Source: a virus. From it: 64,000 nucleotides of DNA. The position numbers and the translations under genes were made by a program. Each line of letters starts with the position of its first letter. The stretch's first letter is position 1. Of the stretch, positions 46,322 to 56,770 are shown one piece after another. Location of the stretch: the IMG/VR virus record IMGVR_UViG_3300044844_000928; one strand, given 5' to 3'. The notes beneath the pieces are model-generated. The model saw only the letters and a program-made list of their open reading frames with translations, was not told where the DNA came from and made no database searches.

Positions 46322-47034
46322 TAAAAAAAATATTCGATCCCTTCTATAATTTTATTATGCGCTTTACCGCAATCAGGACATTTGTATTTTACCCGTTGAA
46401 CCATTTGTGGCATGGTTTCAAAAAATTCATAAACCTTGTTGAAGTTTTCTTTTGTTAAGGTGTTAAAGAAATCAACAACTTCTTCTTTAGTGTAATCTGA
46501 GATGTGATGTATTTCTTCTTTATCATAAATGTAATCAACGCTATCAATTACCAAATCGAATTCCATTTCTGTATCTTTCAAATTTGAATCCAGCAACTTC
46601 AATGATTTGTACGCAGGGTATTTCATCATAACGCCTACGTCATCAAATAAAGAAATTCGTTTTGTATGCTTAGGGTTTTTCTCAACGTTGATGTTTTCTA
46701 AATTGAAACTGATTTTAACCTTAGATGTTGGTGTAACACAATCATCACATGAGAATATTAACTCTGCGGTTTCACCTACCGATTTTGCTCTAATTTGAAG
46801 GAATATGTATTCGATGTCAAATATAGCTAACTTATCAGTGTCAAGTGGGCTTAGAACGCAACGGCTTATTACGTCTAAAATTGTATCAATCATTACATCA
46901 AGATCTTCTGATTCTTGAGCAATTAATAACGCTTTTTCATCTTCAACTAAAAATGGATGAAACTTGATAGTTTCCCCAGAAGATGGAATTTTTGTTGTAT
47001 AAACTGGGGCGCTTTTTTTAGGTTGTGGTAACAT
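46321..47034 (-). CDS. gp26: Baseplate hub subunit gp26
   Basis: PFLVEDEKALLIA, FDIEYIFLQIRAKSVGE, FFETMP, CPDCG. Confidence 0.9.
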   Translation of the reverse strand: MLPQPKKSAPVYTTKIPSSGETIKFHPFLVEDEKALLIAQESEDLDVMIDTILDVISRCVLSPLDTDKLAIFDIEYIFLQIRAKSVGETAELIFSCDDCVTPTSKVKISFNLENINVEKNPKHTKRISLFDDVGVMMKYPAYKSLKLLDSNLKDTEMEFDLVIDSVDYIYDKEEIHHISDYTKEEVVDFFNTLTKENFNKVYEFFETMPQMVQRVKYKCPDCGKAHNKIIEGIEYFF

Positions 47035-47035
47035 A

Positions 47036-47458
47036 CTATCCCTTATTCGTCAAATCATTAATCATTTTATTCAACTCGCTAGTTGTACCAACAAATATAC
47101 TATTGTTGGTGACAGTTTTAGGAGATTCACTTTCAACTTTACCCTTTAAGCCTTTTTTCTTAACATGTAAATCTATGACCTGATGGTTCATATCTGAAAG
47201 CTGTTTCAATAAACCGGCTACAATTTCAAACGCTCTAGGAGCTTCACTAGATTTTGCTATGTCAATTATAGACTCAAGCGCGTCTTCTCCTTGTGATATT
47301 AATGATTTTATATTTTCTCTTGCGTATTCAAAATCATTCTCAGCTTCAAACGGTTCTGCTCTCACTAACGGCGCTTTCGTTACTTCACCTACAATCTCAC
47401 CCTCAATTATGTTCGTATCTAAATTGAACACAGTAGCCAAATTATCATCAATTTTCAT
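47036..47458 (-). CDS. gp16: Terminase small subunit gp16
   Basis: DFEYAREN...A..SEAPRAFE...NNSIFVGTTSEL. Confidence 0.88.
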   Translation of the reverse strand: MKIDDNLATVFNLDTNIIEGEIVGEVTKAPLVRAEPFEAENDFEYARENIKSLISQGEDALESIIDIAKSSEAPRAFEIVAGLLKQLSDMNHQVIDLHVKKKGLKGKVESESPKTVTNNSIFVGTTSELNKMINDLTNKG

Positions 47459-48052
47459 TTATGCACCAACAGCAATAGAATGGAACTTATATGACAAATC
47501 TACGGTAACTTTAGCAAATCCTGCTTCATCATAACTTAATGTGATATCTTGAATTTGCTTAGGGTAAACTTCATACAATGTCATCGTCAGTCTGCGATTA
47601 GAATCTCTTTTTTTATCGCCTTGTTTGTTATTAAATGCTTCCGAAGCGCCATCATTAATACCTATAGTCATAGTGGTGGTATAATTTTCATAATATCCCA
47701 TAGTTCTTGTAACAGGGTCAATTACATATTCCGTCCATGCTTCAAAAAACCGGCGCGTCACTAAATCAATATCGCAAATGAATGTTAAAGAAATATCATT
47801 AAACTGTCTAGATGTTGGAATTTTTCTTTGCTCACCAAAGGTTTCGTAAACTGTTTGAACCAACATCATCCCTGGAAGTACAGTTGATTCACATAACATT
47901 GTCAAGTGACTAAATTGGTCAAACAACGATCTACCGGCTTCGTTATCAAAAGCTTTGGGCATAAAAATATCAACATCAAAATGACTGGCTTTACTTAACC
48001 CGTCATTTTTAACCAATGATATGAAATTAATTAAATCTTTGCCTTTACTCAT
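47459..48052 (-). CDS. gp54: Baseplate tail-tube initiator gp54
   Basis: Tube-like fold motifs: CESTVLPG, FFEAW, LYEVYP. Confidence 0.75.
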   Translation of the reverse strand: MSKGKDLINFISLVKNDGLSKASHFDVDIFMPKAFDNEAGRSLFDQFSHLTMLCESTVLPGMMLVQTVYETFGEQRKIPTSRQFNDISLTFICDIDLVTRRFFEAWTEYVIDPVTRTMGYYENYTTTMTIGINDGASEAFNNKQGDKKRDSNRRLTMTLYEVYPKQIQDITLSYDEAGFAKVTVDLSYKFHSIAVGA

Positions 48053-48796
48053 CTATAAACTCCATATTTGTTTAGTCGTCGCACCAACAAACATTTCGTT
48101 TGGTAGCATCGCGCTTAAAATCCATTTATCTGAATGTATCTTTTTTAACGGGGTTTTCAAATGAGCAAACAAATATCTATGAATACATTTTTCGAATTTT
48201 TTATTTTTAGCCGCCTGCTGTAATATTGAATACGAAATTTGTAATCTTTTTGATACTTCTTTTCTAGGGGATGTAGCAACCGCATCCAATGCGTCTAATA
48301 ATATAATCCGTTCTTTGTAATGTAAGTAATGTAAATTAATACCGTAAAATCCATCAGGCATAATTCTGAAAGGAAACACTAATGGAAATTTATCCCAGTA
48401 AGGTAAAGTATCTTTGTGTTTAGCATCATAGTAAAATGAATACATTTCTCCAGGAACAGGAGAACCAGTTGCTCTACCGCTAACCTTTAATGTGGTTGAT
48501 GCTGCTAATGATTTTGCTTCAGAATTAAACCACGCTTTAGATTTTAAAACCAAATCTTTCAACTCATAATTAGTTGATGTTTCTAAGGTGGCTTTTATAT
48601 TAGGCTTTACCGCTGTCTTACGATTCAGTTTATCCCAAGTATCGCCTGACATTTTAATAACGCCATTCTCCATTTTCTCAAATGTAGATGACGCAACGCC
48701 GGCTAAAGTTGCCGCCTTTTGTAAGGTTAACCCATTTTTTGTTCTTAGTTTTTTAATTGCAGCCGGACTTGGACTTTCAACATCTTGCTGTATCAT
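48053..48796 (-). CDS. gp2: DNA end protector gp2 with N-terminal XRE-type HTH
   Basis: YDAKHKDTLPYWDKFPL, GINLHYL, CIHRYL; N-terminal IKKLR..GLT..AA.LAGV...EKMENG. Confidence 0.88.
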   Translation of the reverse strand: MIQQDVESPSPAAIKKLRTKNGLTLQKAATLAGVASSTFEKMENGVIKMSGDTWDKLNRKTAVKPNIKATLETSTNYELKDLVLKSKAWFNSEAKSLAASTTLKVSGRATGSPVPGEMYSFYYDAKHKDTLPYWDKFPLVFPFRIMPDGFYGINLHYLHYKERIILLDALDAVATSPRKEVSKRLQISYSILQQAAKNKKFEKCIHRYLFAHLKTPLKKIHSDKWILSAMLPNEMFVGATTKQIWSL

Positions 48797-49260
48797 TTTG
48801 TTTTCCTTTGTGCTATACCTAAATCATATTCATCTAATACAATGAACCCTAACCCACGTTCTTTACAAAAACTTTCTGCCGCTTTCCATTTTGATTGATT
48901 AACCATAAATGTAGAACATTCATTTATGTATCTTTGGGTTTTCTTTCCTTTATATATAGGAGGATTTCTTTGTGAATTAGGCTTAATTTCAACAATATAG
49001 GTTTTAATATTACCTTGTGCATCTTTTACCTTAATTTTAAAATCAGGATAATATCTATGTGGTTTCATATCTGCCATAGATATGTAAGGTATAACCGTTT
49101 CCTCAGATGAATATGAAATTATAGCAGGGTTATTATCTGCCCAATTTAAAAATTTAGTTTCCCAGCTGCTTCTTGATATGATATTAGTTACATCACCAAC
49201 ATACTTTTCTGGGTTTTTAGGAAACCATTTTCGGGGTTTTGGAAATCTCGTTTTTCTCAT
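48793..49260 (-). CDS. gp4: Head completion protein gp4
   Basis: PKNPEKYVGD, RSSWE, SEE..IPY, HRYYPDF, EIKP, NQSKWKAA. Confidence 0.92.
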   Translation of the reverse strand: MRKTRFPKPRKWFPKNPEKYVGDVTNIISRSSWETKFLNWADNNPAIISYSSEETVIPYISMADMKPHRYYPDFKIKVKDAQGNIKTYIVEIKPNSQRNPPIYKGKKTQRYINECSTFMVNQSKWKAAESFCKERGLGFIVLDEYDLGIAQRKTK

Positions 49261-49265
49261 AATTT

Positions 49266-49283
49266 TATTTAGCGGCTTAAATA
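49266..49283. promoter_or_regulatory. Back-to-back late promoters
   Basis: CTAAATA on the minus strand (49266-72) and TAAATA on the plus strand (49278-83) between divergent late operons. Confidence 0.7.
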
Positions 49284-49330
49284 ATATAAATGAATGGTTT
49301 ATTTAACTTATTTAAAAGGATTTTATACCC

Positions 49331-50317
49331 ATGGCTTCGCCTTACGTGCAAACACTAATCTATCCCGACGATCTTCGTTCGGAAACAGATAACCCTTACG
49401 GTGCGAACTATGTCATGTTTGTGCTGTCAGACTCCTCTTTTAGAAACCCATTAAAAACATTAGAAAGTAAAAAGGCAAAAATTATATCTAATGCTCTCAA
49501 TACATTAGATAACCCATCGGCAAGAAATATCCTAGGCACTGTTTTTTCTTCTTTAGATTCATTATCTAGTGAATGGTCTGCAGGTAGCGGTCAGCGTTCT
49601 CAATCAGCTGCTCAACAAGCGGCTGTTGCTGCGCGTGGAGTTAGCGGTAAAGAAAGTCCATTTATCCCAACTCCACTTAAAAGTGGATTTTGTAATATCG
49701 TGCTTTATACACCACCGGCGCTTAGTTCAACATACAGCGCTAATTATGAATCAATGAGTTTGACTGATAGATTATTTGTTCTGCCAACGTTAACTGCTAC
49801 TCCAACAAATGGAATGAACGCAAAGGACGCAAAAAAAACAGAAATGATTAACAAGATGAAAGAGGGTGTAAATTCAGCGGTTAAAAATACGCCTGATTTG
49901 CTTAAACTTGGTTCTAGAATGTTATTGAATCCCCAACAAGAATTATTATTCAAAGGGGTTGATTTTAGAACGTTCTCTTTTTCATACACGTTTTCACCAA
50001 AAAGTAAAAAAGAATCAGATACAGTTCAAGAGATTATTCGCCAATTTAAAGGTAATATGATGCCTGAATTAACAGCAGGCACATTGATGTATAAATATCC
50101 AGCAGAATTTGACATCTATTACTATTTTGATAAAGATTTGAATAATAATGTGCATCAACATACCACATGTGTGCTTGAAAAGGTTTCAATCAATTATTCT
50201 CCTATTGGACAATTTTCTACATTTAATGACGGTTCTCCAAATCATATCACAATGACTTTAGAATTTAAAGAATTGGCTACACTTGATAAAGATTCTGTTC
50301 TAAATGGAGGATATTAA
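49331..50317 (+). CDS. gp48: Baseplate tail-tube cap gp48
   Basis: NPQQELLFKGVDFRTFSFSY.F.PKS..E, YP..F.I, L.FKE. Confidence 0.88.
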   Translation: MASPYVQTLIYPDDLRSETDNPYGANYVMFVLSDSSFRNPLKTLESKKAKIISNALNTLDNPSARNILGTVFSSLDSLSSEWSAGSGQRSQSAAQQAAVAARGVSGKESPFIPTPLKSGFCNIVLYTPPALSSTYSANYESMSLTDRLFVLPTLTATPTNGMNAKDAKKTEMINKMKEGVNSAVKNTPDLLKLGSRMLLNPQQELLFKGVDFRTFSFSYTFSPKSKKESDTVQEIIRQFKGNMMPELTAGTLMYKYPAEFDIYYYFDKDLNNNVHQHTTCVLEKVSINYSPIGQFSTFNDGSPNHITMTLEFKELATLDKDSVLNGGY

Positions 50318-50319
50318 TA

Positions 50320-50880
50320 ATGTATTTCACAAACGTGCCAACTCTGTATTACCCTTTTACGATTAACGATGAAGAACAGTTAATCGTATTAAAAGACATC
50401 ACACATAATGTCAGATTTAAAGAAATCGTTAAAGATAAAATTACGTCATATGAATACTATACAATACAAGACGGTGATACGCCTGAAGTTATATCTGAAA
50501 AAATTTATGGCACACCAAACTATCATTGGGCGCTTATGCTTCTTAATGACAGATTTGATTATCTAACAGATTTCCCAATACCGGTTAAAGTTTTTGACAA
50601 ATATCTTAGCGATAAATATGACGATATCCACGGTATCCATCATTGCCAAAAAATAATTGATGGAAATGTGATAAAAATAACAACTCCGGTTAAACTAGAA
50701 CAGCCTGTGGGGTATCCTTCTGTGACGACTCCGGAATATACGGCTTATCTAAACTACATCAGTTCATACGGGGTAACTAATTACGATTATGAAACCGTTT
50801 TGAATGAAGAGAAACGGTATTTGAAATACATCCCAAAAGAAATAATCACTTATATTATTAGAGAACTGAACGACTTATGA
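50320..50880 (+). CDS. gp53: Baseplate wedge gp53
   Basis: MYF..P, YTIQDGDTPE.IS..IYG..YHW, YE..LNE.KR. Confidence 0.9.
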   Translation: MYFTNVPTLYYPFTINDEEQLIVLKDITHNVRFKEIVKDKITSYEYYTIQDGDTPEVISEKIYGTPNYHWALMLLNDRFDYLTDFPIPVKVFDKYLSDKYDDIHGIHHCQKIIDGNVIKITTPVKLEQPVGYPSVTTPEYTAYLNYISSYGVTNYDYETVLNEEKRYLKYIPKEIITYIIRELNDL

Positions 50881-52235
50881 CCACTAGAAATTTAACATTT
50901 GCCGGCGAAGTTGTAATAAACAAAATGGAAATTGTATCCATTAATACGTCTTTTGTGGTTGACCTACAAAATATGTTTCTTGGGATAAACGTTTATGAAG
51001 ACATATTTGCGCCGTTTATAAATGGAACACTTGTAATTCAAGATGCTAATGCGCTCATCAATAAATTGCCTATTGTTGGTGAGGAATTTCTTGATTTAGA
51101 TATCGTTACTCCAGGATTCCCTGATGAGGATAAAAAGCATTCAATTCACGGGCGCTTTTATGTTTATAAAGTATCTGATAGACAATACACAAATGATCGT
51201 TTAGTTAGCTATATTCTTCATTTTGTTTCTGTTGAAGCTTTACTGGATATGAATATTAAACTTTCAAAGGGGTTTAATGCCAGTAAGATTTCGGACATTG
51301 CATCAGATATTCTTAAGCAATATTCGTATTTCCAAAATGATTCTAAAGAATTAACTGAAGAACAGCTGGAAAGATTTAATATTGAAGAAACATCAAATGG
51401 TCACGCTTACGTTTCTAATTTTTGGTCACCTGTTAAAAATCTCAATTACCTTGCTGAACACGCTATTAGTATGCCGGCAAATAATAACGGTACAATGACA
51501 GAAGGATCTCCAACATTTTTGTTTTTTGAAAATCGTAACGGCTTAAACTTTATTTCATTAGAAGCTTTATTCAGAAACGATATAACACGTGAGTTTAGAA
51601 AAGACAACTTTACCAGAGATATCCCTACAGATAAAGAAAACAGAACTACAACGTTCGACTTTGAGAAAAACTATTCGAGAGTGTTAGACTTCAACGTGGT
51701 TGAATCTTTTAGTTATATCGATAGAAACAGAAGTGGAACCTTTGCGTCTAACCTTATCGTACATAACATAACCAATAAAACCTATCGGAATATTGCGTTT
51801 GATTATAAGACCAACTATGATAAAGAAATTAGACTAAACGAATTTGCTCCTATTTCTAAACAGTCTATCAATACAAAAGAAAACGCCTACATTATGATGG
51901 AAAAGGCAAATGCTATTTTTGAAGGTAATCACGATATCTCTAATTCAAAAATTGCTCAGCGCCGGCTTTCTTTAATGAATTTGATGGATACACAGCAAAT
52001 TGAAATAACAGTATTAGGAAGAACAGATTATACTGCAGGGCAAAGGGTCAGCTTTGTATTGTACAAAGTTTGTAATCTTGAATTAGAAGATGAACAAGAA
52101 GATAAATTATTAAGCGGTAACTATCTTATAACAGCAATTAGGCACATAATAACAAACCAAAATCATCAGTGTGTGATGTTATTAATGAAAGATAGTTTAT
52201 CAATAGATTTAAACGAAGTTGAACGGGCGGCGTGA
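50877..52235 (+). CDS. Baseplate hub protein (gp27-like)
   Basis: YEDIF..F..G, LPIVGEE, FLFFEN, LSGNYLITAIRH; between gp53 and gp5. Confidence 0.75.
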   Translation: MTTRNLTFAGEVVINKMEIVSINTSFVVDLQNMFLGINVYEDIFAPFINGTLVIQDANALINKLPIVGEEFLDLDIVTPGFPDEDKKHSIHGRFYVYKVSDRQYTNDRLVSYILHFVSVEALLDMNIKLSKGFNASKISDIASDILKQYSYFQNDSKELTEEQLERFNIEETSNGHAYVSNFWSPVKNLNYLAEHAISMPANNNGTMTEGSPTFLFFENRNGLNFISLEALFRNDITREFRKDNFTRDIPTDKENRTTTFDFEKNYSRVLDFNVVESFSYIDRNRSGTFASNLIVHNITNKTYRNIAFDYKTNYDKEIRLNEFAPISKQSINTKENAYIMMEKANAIFEGNHDISNSKIAQRRLSLMNLMDTQQIEITVLGRTDYTAGQRVSFVLYKVCNLELEDEQEDKLLSGNYLITAIRHIITNQNHQCVMLLMKDSLSIDLNEVERAA

Positions 52236-53020
52236 TGAGTAACTTTTTCTTTGGAGTTGTAGAAGATAGATTAGATCCACTAATGCTTGGTAGATGTCGA
52301 GTTAGGGTTGTTGGAAAACATACAGAAAATAAAGAGGAACTTCCAACAGATATGCTACCTTGGGCATATCCGGTAATGCCTATCAACAACGCATCTATGA
52401 ATGGCATAGGATGGAGCCCAACCGGCGTGGTAACAGGAACATGGGTTGTCGTAGTTTTCGTAGATGAATACGAACAACAACCATTGATGTTGGGTAGCAT
52501 AGGCGGTATTCCTCAAACACTTTCTGCTCAGTTATATACAGAATCTCATAATGAAGTTATCTTTACTGATGAAAATGGTATATTAGGCACAACATCTGGT
52601 AACCCTAACGCGGCGGCTGAAGTTGAAAAAATGGCTGGTAAAGTGATGGATATAGTCAATGGTGTTGTATCAGAAGAATCTAATCTAGATGAAACGATGC
52701 CAGATAGTGTATATCAATTAATCAATACAACTAATGAAGTATTAGGTATTGATGAATGGCGCATAGTTGAAACTCAAGGGAACGGCGATATTGTTGCTTC
52801 AGGTACATATGACTCAGAGTTGAGTTCTTACATATTACATTTAGAAAATCCTGCGCAATGGGCAGCTGATAAACAATCTTTATTTGAGCAACCAGTTGAC
52901 GGACATAAATCTAAATATTTCTTTGCTCCAGATGGTGATAATACTATGCTGATGTTCTTCAATCAGAATTTTAACCCTGCTGACAAAATTGTTCCAACGA
53001 CAGATAAACAGGCAACATAA
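52232..53020 (+). CDS. gp5: gp5 N-terminal OB-fold portion as a separate ORF
   Basis: GVVEDRLDPLMLGRCRVR..G.H, LPWA, GTWV...F.D...QQP. Confidence 0.88.
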   Translation: MMSNFFFGVVEDRLDPLMLGRCRVRVVGKHTENKEELPTDMLPWAYPVMPINNASMNGIGWSPTGVVTGTWVVVVFVDEYEQQPLMLGSIGGIPQTLSAQLYTESHNEVIFTDENGILGTTSGNPNAAAEVEKMAGKVMDIVNGVVSEESNLDETMPDSVYQLINTTNEVLGIDEWRIVETQGNGDIVASGTYDSELSSYILHLENPAQWAADKQSLFEQPVDGHKSKYFFAPDGDNTMLMFFNQNFNPADKIVPTTDKQAT

Positions 53021-55836
53021 TGACTATAGCAACAGATAATCTTCCTGGAGATTACAATAAGGGCGCTCAGCGTGCACTTAGAATTAACAATTTTAAACGT
53101 ATTATCGCCCAGCTTGAAGCATCAGGAATAACAAACGATAATTGCCAAGCCGCGATTTGTGGTATTCTTATGCGTGAATGTACGTTTCTAGCAACAGAAG
53201 AATCTGCATTTTATAGCTATGCTGCACTAGGGCAATTCAAACGGGCAACTGAAGCTGCACGACAAGAATATGGTGGTTCAGTTAAAGCCGGTAGAAAAAC
53301 AAAGGAACAGTTTTTTGGTTGGTTGTATGGGACAAGTTATCCACACGGAAGTTACCAAGAAGGATCTAGGTATTTTGGTAGAGGGTTCGTACAGTTAACG
53401 GGGTTTGCTACTTATTCAGCAGCAACTAAAGCCGCCAAAGGTATGGGGTGGGATGATTTAGATTTTGTTAAGAATCCTGAAATAGCATTAAGCAGTGAAA
53501 ATAATAACGATACGCGGGCGCTTATATGTTTGTTGGTATGTAAGTTTGGTTCTTTAGCTAAACTACAAAGTAGACAAACAGATCCTAATATTTTCAACAT
53601 TATTGAACGGTATTTTAATCCAGGAGAACCCGCTGGGCAAATCGCGCAAAAAAGAAAATATTATGAGTTTTTTCTTAGCGGTGGCAAAGGTACGGTTCCG
53701 ATCGTTGATTCTATCATTAACCCAAAACCAACAAACAAAAATGCTGGCGGAACTGACGCACAACACTCTTTAGAAGAAATTAAAACTCATCCCAAATATA
53801 AACAAGAAGCGCTTACCGATAACCGTGACGGAAACCTAAGTAAAAATGGATTTACAGACCCATTCGGGAAATACCCTTTACGGGAATACATGAACGAAGC
53901 TGACACAAACCGGCTTGCTCGTGGAATGATTAAAAATACCTGTGTTGAATTTAAAGATTCAATGCGTAACACAGATATTCCTTCGGTTAATGATTCATCG
54001 TTTTCTCAACCGTCAGCGCCTTACTCTACTATGTATCCATTCAATAAAGTAATGGAATCCGAAAGTGGACACATTTTAGAGTTTGACGATTCACCTAATG
54101 CTGAAAGGATTAACCTATTCCATAGAGCCGGTACTTATACCGAAGTTGATGAAAACGGCACACAGGTAAATCAAATCATTGGTGATGGTTATTGGATTAC
54201 AGAAAGAAATGGTAATGTTTATATTAAGGGCGCTTGTAATGTAACAATCGTTGGTGATATGAATCTTTTATGTCAAGGAGATTCAACGGTAGAGGTTAAC
54301 GGTAACACCGAAATGATATATCACGGTGATGCTACAATTGGTGTTGCTAATAACTTATCGATTAATGTAGCAGAAAACTTTGAGATTTCGGTAGGTAAAA
54401 ACTTCAACATTGAATATGGTAAAATTGATGAGTTACCTGACGAAGAGGATAAGGAAAAGAAAACATACGGCGGTATGACTTTTAAAACTCCATATGGTAA
54501 ATTAGCCTTTGAATCTCCTAGCGATATAACCTTTAAGGCGGGTGCGGCTATTCGAATGGAGTCAGCTACAACTACAACGATAAACTCTAAAGGGAATTTG
54601 TTGTTGAATACAGATGGAACTGGCACGCTGAATGCTACAGGAAATGTTGCGTTATTTGGTAGCGACGCATACATTAAAGGTGGAAATATCAATTTGACTG
54701 GTAAAGTACCACTTGAAAAATATGTTAAACTAACAGCAACAGATTCTAGAGGTGATACGCATACACAATTAACTGGAGCTGGGTCTGGAACAGATACTTC
54801 AATTGACGCACCAAAAGCAACTCCTGTTACAATTACATATAATCCACAATCCAATGTTGTTGTTGGTGATGAAGACCAAACCACGAATATCACATCAGAA
54901 TCTATCTACTTTAAACGTAGCACATTGACAGGCAAATATCCTGATAAACGTGCGAGTTCCGGTGTCAATTTAGAGCCTTTAAAAACTGGTGAACGTCGTT
55001 GTGATTCTGCTATGAAGTTTGAGTCTGAAGAAGAAATCAATAGCAGTCCAGCTGGAAAGGCGCTTATTGATAAACAAAATGCTGAACGGTCAGTATTAGA
55101 TGGGGGTCAACCAGATAAAACAATTGACACACAAGACGAGTTAACGCCTAACGCGGAAGGGAGTGATGCGTTAACTAATTCATCACTTGGAGGATATGCA
55201 TTGAAACCAGGATCTAAATTGAACTCATCAAGCGACTCAAATTTACATAACACGATTGCTTCAAACAAATCGTTCCCATTAAACTTTAAAATTTCTAAAC
55301 ATTTTTGTCTTGGTAATTTTGTACAACCAGGAACAAATATCGCTGATATTATGTTACCTCCAGGATCTATATACGGTGGCGGCTCCGCAATGAGAAAATA
55401 CACCGTTTCTGAGTTGGTCGATAACTTAGCCTATCTTGCTGAAAATATTGCTGAACCAATTTATGATTTACTTGGACCAACAAGCGGTAAATATGCAGCA
55501 CAAGATCCTAGTGGTAAATGGTCAATTAATGATGGTATTAGAACAGAAGGAAATAAAAGCGGGTCTAAAACATCTGACCATTTTAAAGGTATGGCTATGG
55601 ATATTAGGTATAATCCAGCTAGATCTCATGAGGATATGTATAACTTAGCGGTCACATTAGATAAATTGTTACCGGCTTACTCTCAGATGATTCTTGAGTA
55701 TGATACAAATAAAGGATGGAATTGGTTGCATATCGCGTATAACAAAGACCATACAAATACGGATAAGAAAGGAATTGGTAAAATGACCGGTGTAAATGGC
55801 AAATATACACACGGCACATTTATCTTATACAAATAG
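53020..55836 (+). CDS. gp5: gp5 C-terminal portion: GH19-like lysozyme + beta-helix needle + peptidase M15
   Basis: YFGRGFVQLTG; YPFNKV.ESESGH..EFDD..ERI..H..GTY.E; SDHFKGMAMDI...WLHI. Confidence 0.85.
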   Translation: MTIATDNLPGDYNKGAQRALRINNFKRIIAQLEASGITNDNCQAAICGILMRECTFLATEESAFYSYAALGQFKRATEAARQEYGGSVKAGRKTKEQFFGWLYGTSYPHGSYQEGSRYFGRGFVQLTGFATYSAATKAAKGMGWDDLDFVKNPEIALSSENNNDTRALICLLVCKFGSLAKLQSRQTDPNIFNIIERYFNPGEPAGQIAQKRKYYEFFLSGGKGTVPIVDSIINPKPTNKNAGGTDAQHSLEEIKTHPKYKQEALTDNRDGNLSKNGFTDPFGKYPLREYMNEADTNRLARGMIKNTCVEFKDSMRNTDIPSVNDSSFSQPSAPYSTMYPFNKVMESESGHILEFDDSPNAERINLFHRAGTYTEVDENGTQVNQIIGDGYWITERNGNVYIKGACNVTIVGDMNLLCQGDSTVEVNGNTEMIYHGDATIGVANNLSINVAENFEISVGKNFNIEYGKIDELPDEEDKEKKTYGGMTFKTPYGKLAFESPSDITFKAGAAIRMESATTTTINSKGNLLLNTDGTGTLNATGNVALFGSDAYIKGGNINLTGKVPLEKYVKLTATDSRGDTHTQLTGAGSGTDTSIDAPKATPVTITYNPQSNVVVGDEDQTTNITSESIYFKRSTLTGKYPDKRASSGVNLEPLKTGERRCDSAMKFESEEEINSSPAGKALIDKQNAERSVLDGGQPDKTIDTQDELTPNAEGSDALTNSSLGGYALKPGSKLNSSSDSNLHNTIASNKSFPLNFKISKHFCLGNFVQPGTNIADIMLPPGSIYGGGSAMRKYTVSELVDNLAYLAENIAEPIYDLLGPTSGKYAAQDPSGKWSINDGIRTEGNKSGSKTSDHFKGMAMDIRYNPARSHEDMYNLAVTLDKLLPAYSQMILEYDTNKGWNWLHIAYNKDHTNTDKKGIGKMTGVNGKYTHGTFILYK

Positions 55837-55872
55837 ATACCAACATCACATGCGGTAAATTTTATGCGAAAA

Positions 55873-55895
55873 AAAGCCGGTAATTAGCCGGCTTT
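55873..55895. terminator. Terminator between convergent genes
   Basis: aaagccgg / ccggcttt stem. Confidence 0.85.
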
Positions 55896-55900
55896 CAAAA

Positions 55901-56191
55901 TCATTTTTTTACAGGTATGCATAACCAACCATAAGGTTTTCCTGTAAATGTTTGACCCATATACATTTGTCCAAATAGTTCTCCTGTTATTGTTAATAAT
56001 TCCCAACAAGGACCAGATTTGCGTAGGTGTAATTTTGTGTCAAGACTTTCACCAGCTGCCATCCATTTATCCACATTGTTAAATTGTTTTGCTTTATAAA
56101 CATTTGTGTCGCCGATAGCATTTTCATCTAATTCAGTCCCATCCAAAACTGATTCCATAACAGCATTTTTAAACTCTTTAAATCCTAACAT
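55901..56191 (-). CDS. Putative internal head protein
   Basis: MLGFKEFKNAVMESVLD..LDE leader; AGGAG RBS. Confidence 0.65.
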   Translation of the reverse strand: MLGFKEFKNAVMESVLDGTELDENAIGDTNVYKAKQFNNVDKWMAAGESLDTKLHLRKSGPCWELLTITGELFGQMYMGQTFTGKPYGWLCIPVKK

Positions 56192-56228
56192 TCTGACTCC
56201 TTAATAAGAATAATTTAGTTTTAAATAT

Positions 56229-56606
56229 TTATTTAGCGTTTTTAGGCGTTTTAAATTGTGTTATATCTATATCCGATTTTGGCACCCAACTTGATATCAA
56301 CCAACACAAATAATCATAGCATATTCCAGGAAACCCTTCTTTACTTCTTTCTGTGTAAATGGTTCCAGATTTAGGTTCTTTGACTCTGCGTAACATAATA
56401 CCGGTATCTTTATATTCTTCACGCTTTAGTACATCAGCATCCATCTTATACAGGTATTCAATAGCCGCCTGTCTAGTCACAAACAAACCTTTGAACATTT
56501 GTTTTTCTAATAGATTATCTTTTGTCCACGGTTGAACTTCACCTTTAAATTCATTTAAGAATCGTTCAATTCGTTCTTCGTCTAGTGTAATAGTTTCAGT
56601 TTCCAT
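56229..56606 (-). CDS. Hypothetical protein
   Basis: ORF downstream of repeat copy 3. Confidence 0.6.
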   Translation of the reverse strand: METETITLDEERIERFLNEFKGEVQPWTKDNLLEKQMFKGLFVTRQAAIEYLYKMDADVLKREEYKDTGIMLRRVKEPKSGTIYTERSKEGFPGICYDYLCWLISSWVPKSDIDITQFKTPKNAK

Positions 56607-56652
56607 AAATACCCAATAAAGTTAATATCATATAATTAATTTAGCGCTAAAC

Positions 56653-56720
56653 TTTTTAAGCGCTTAACCTCAATTCACGCCCGACTAGGCTATTATACGC
56701 TTCTAGGAGCAAAAAGTAAA
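56653..56720 (-). repeat. Copy 3 (inverted) of promoter plus conserved 39-bp element
   Basis: Reverse complement of 1562-1600 with its own TTTACT-N17-TATAAT. Confidence 0.95.
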
Positions 56721-56770
56721 GTTTTATTTTACAATTAAAGCGCTAAATAATATATCTTCACTTTAACTTA

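Noticed and set aside
54321-54893. Long antisense ORFs inside genes (also 7338, 16010, 23738, 45139, 52138, 61355)
   Set aside because: They overlap well-supported genes on the opposite strand and show no recognisable motifs.
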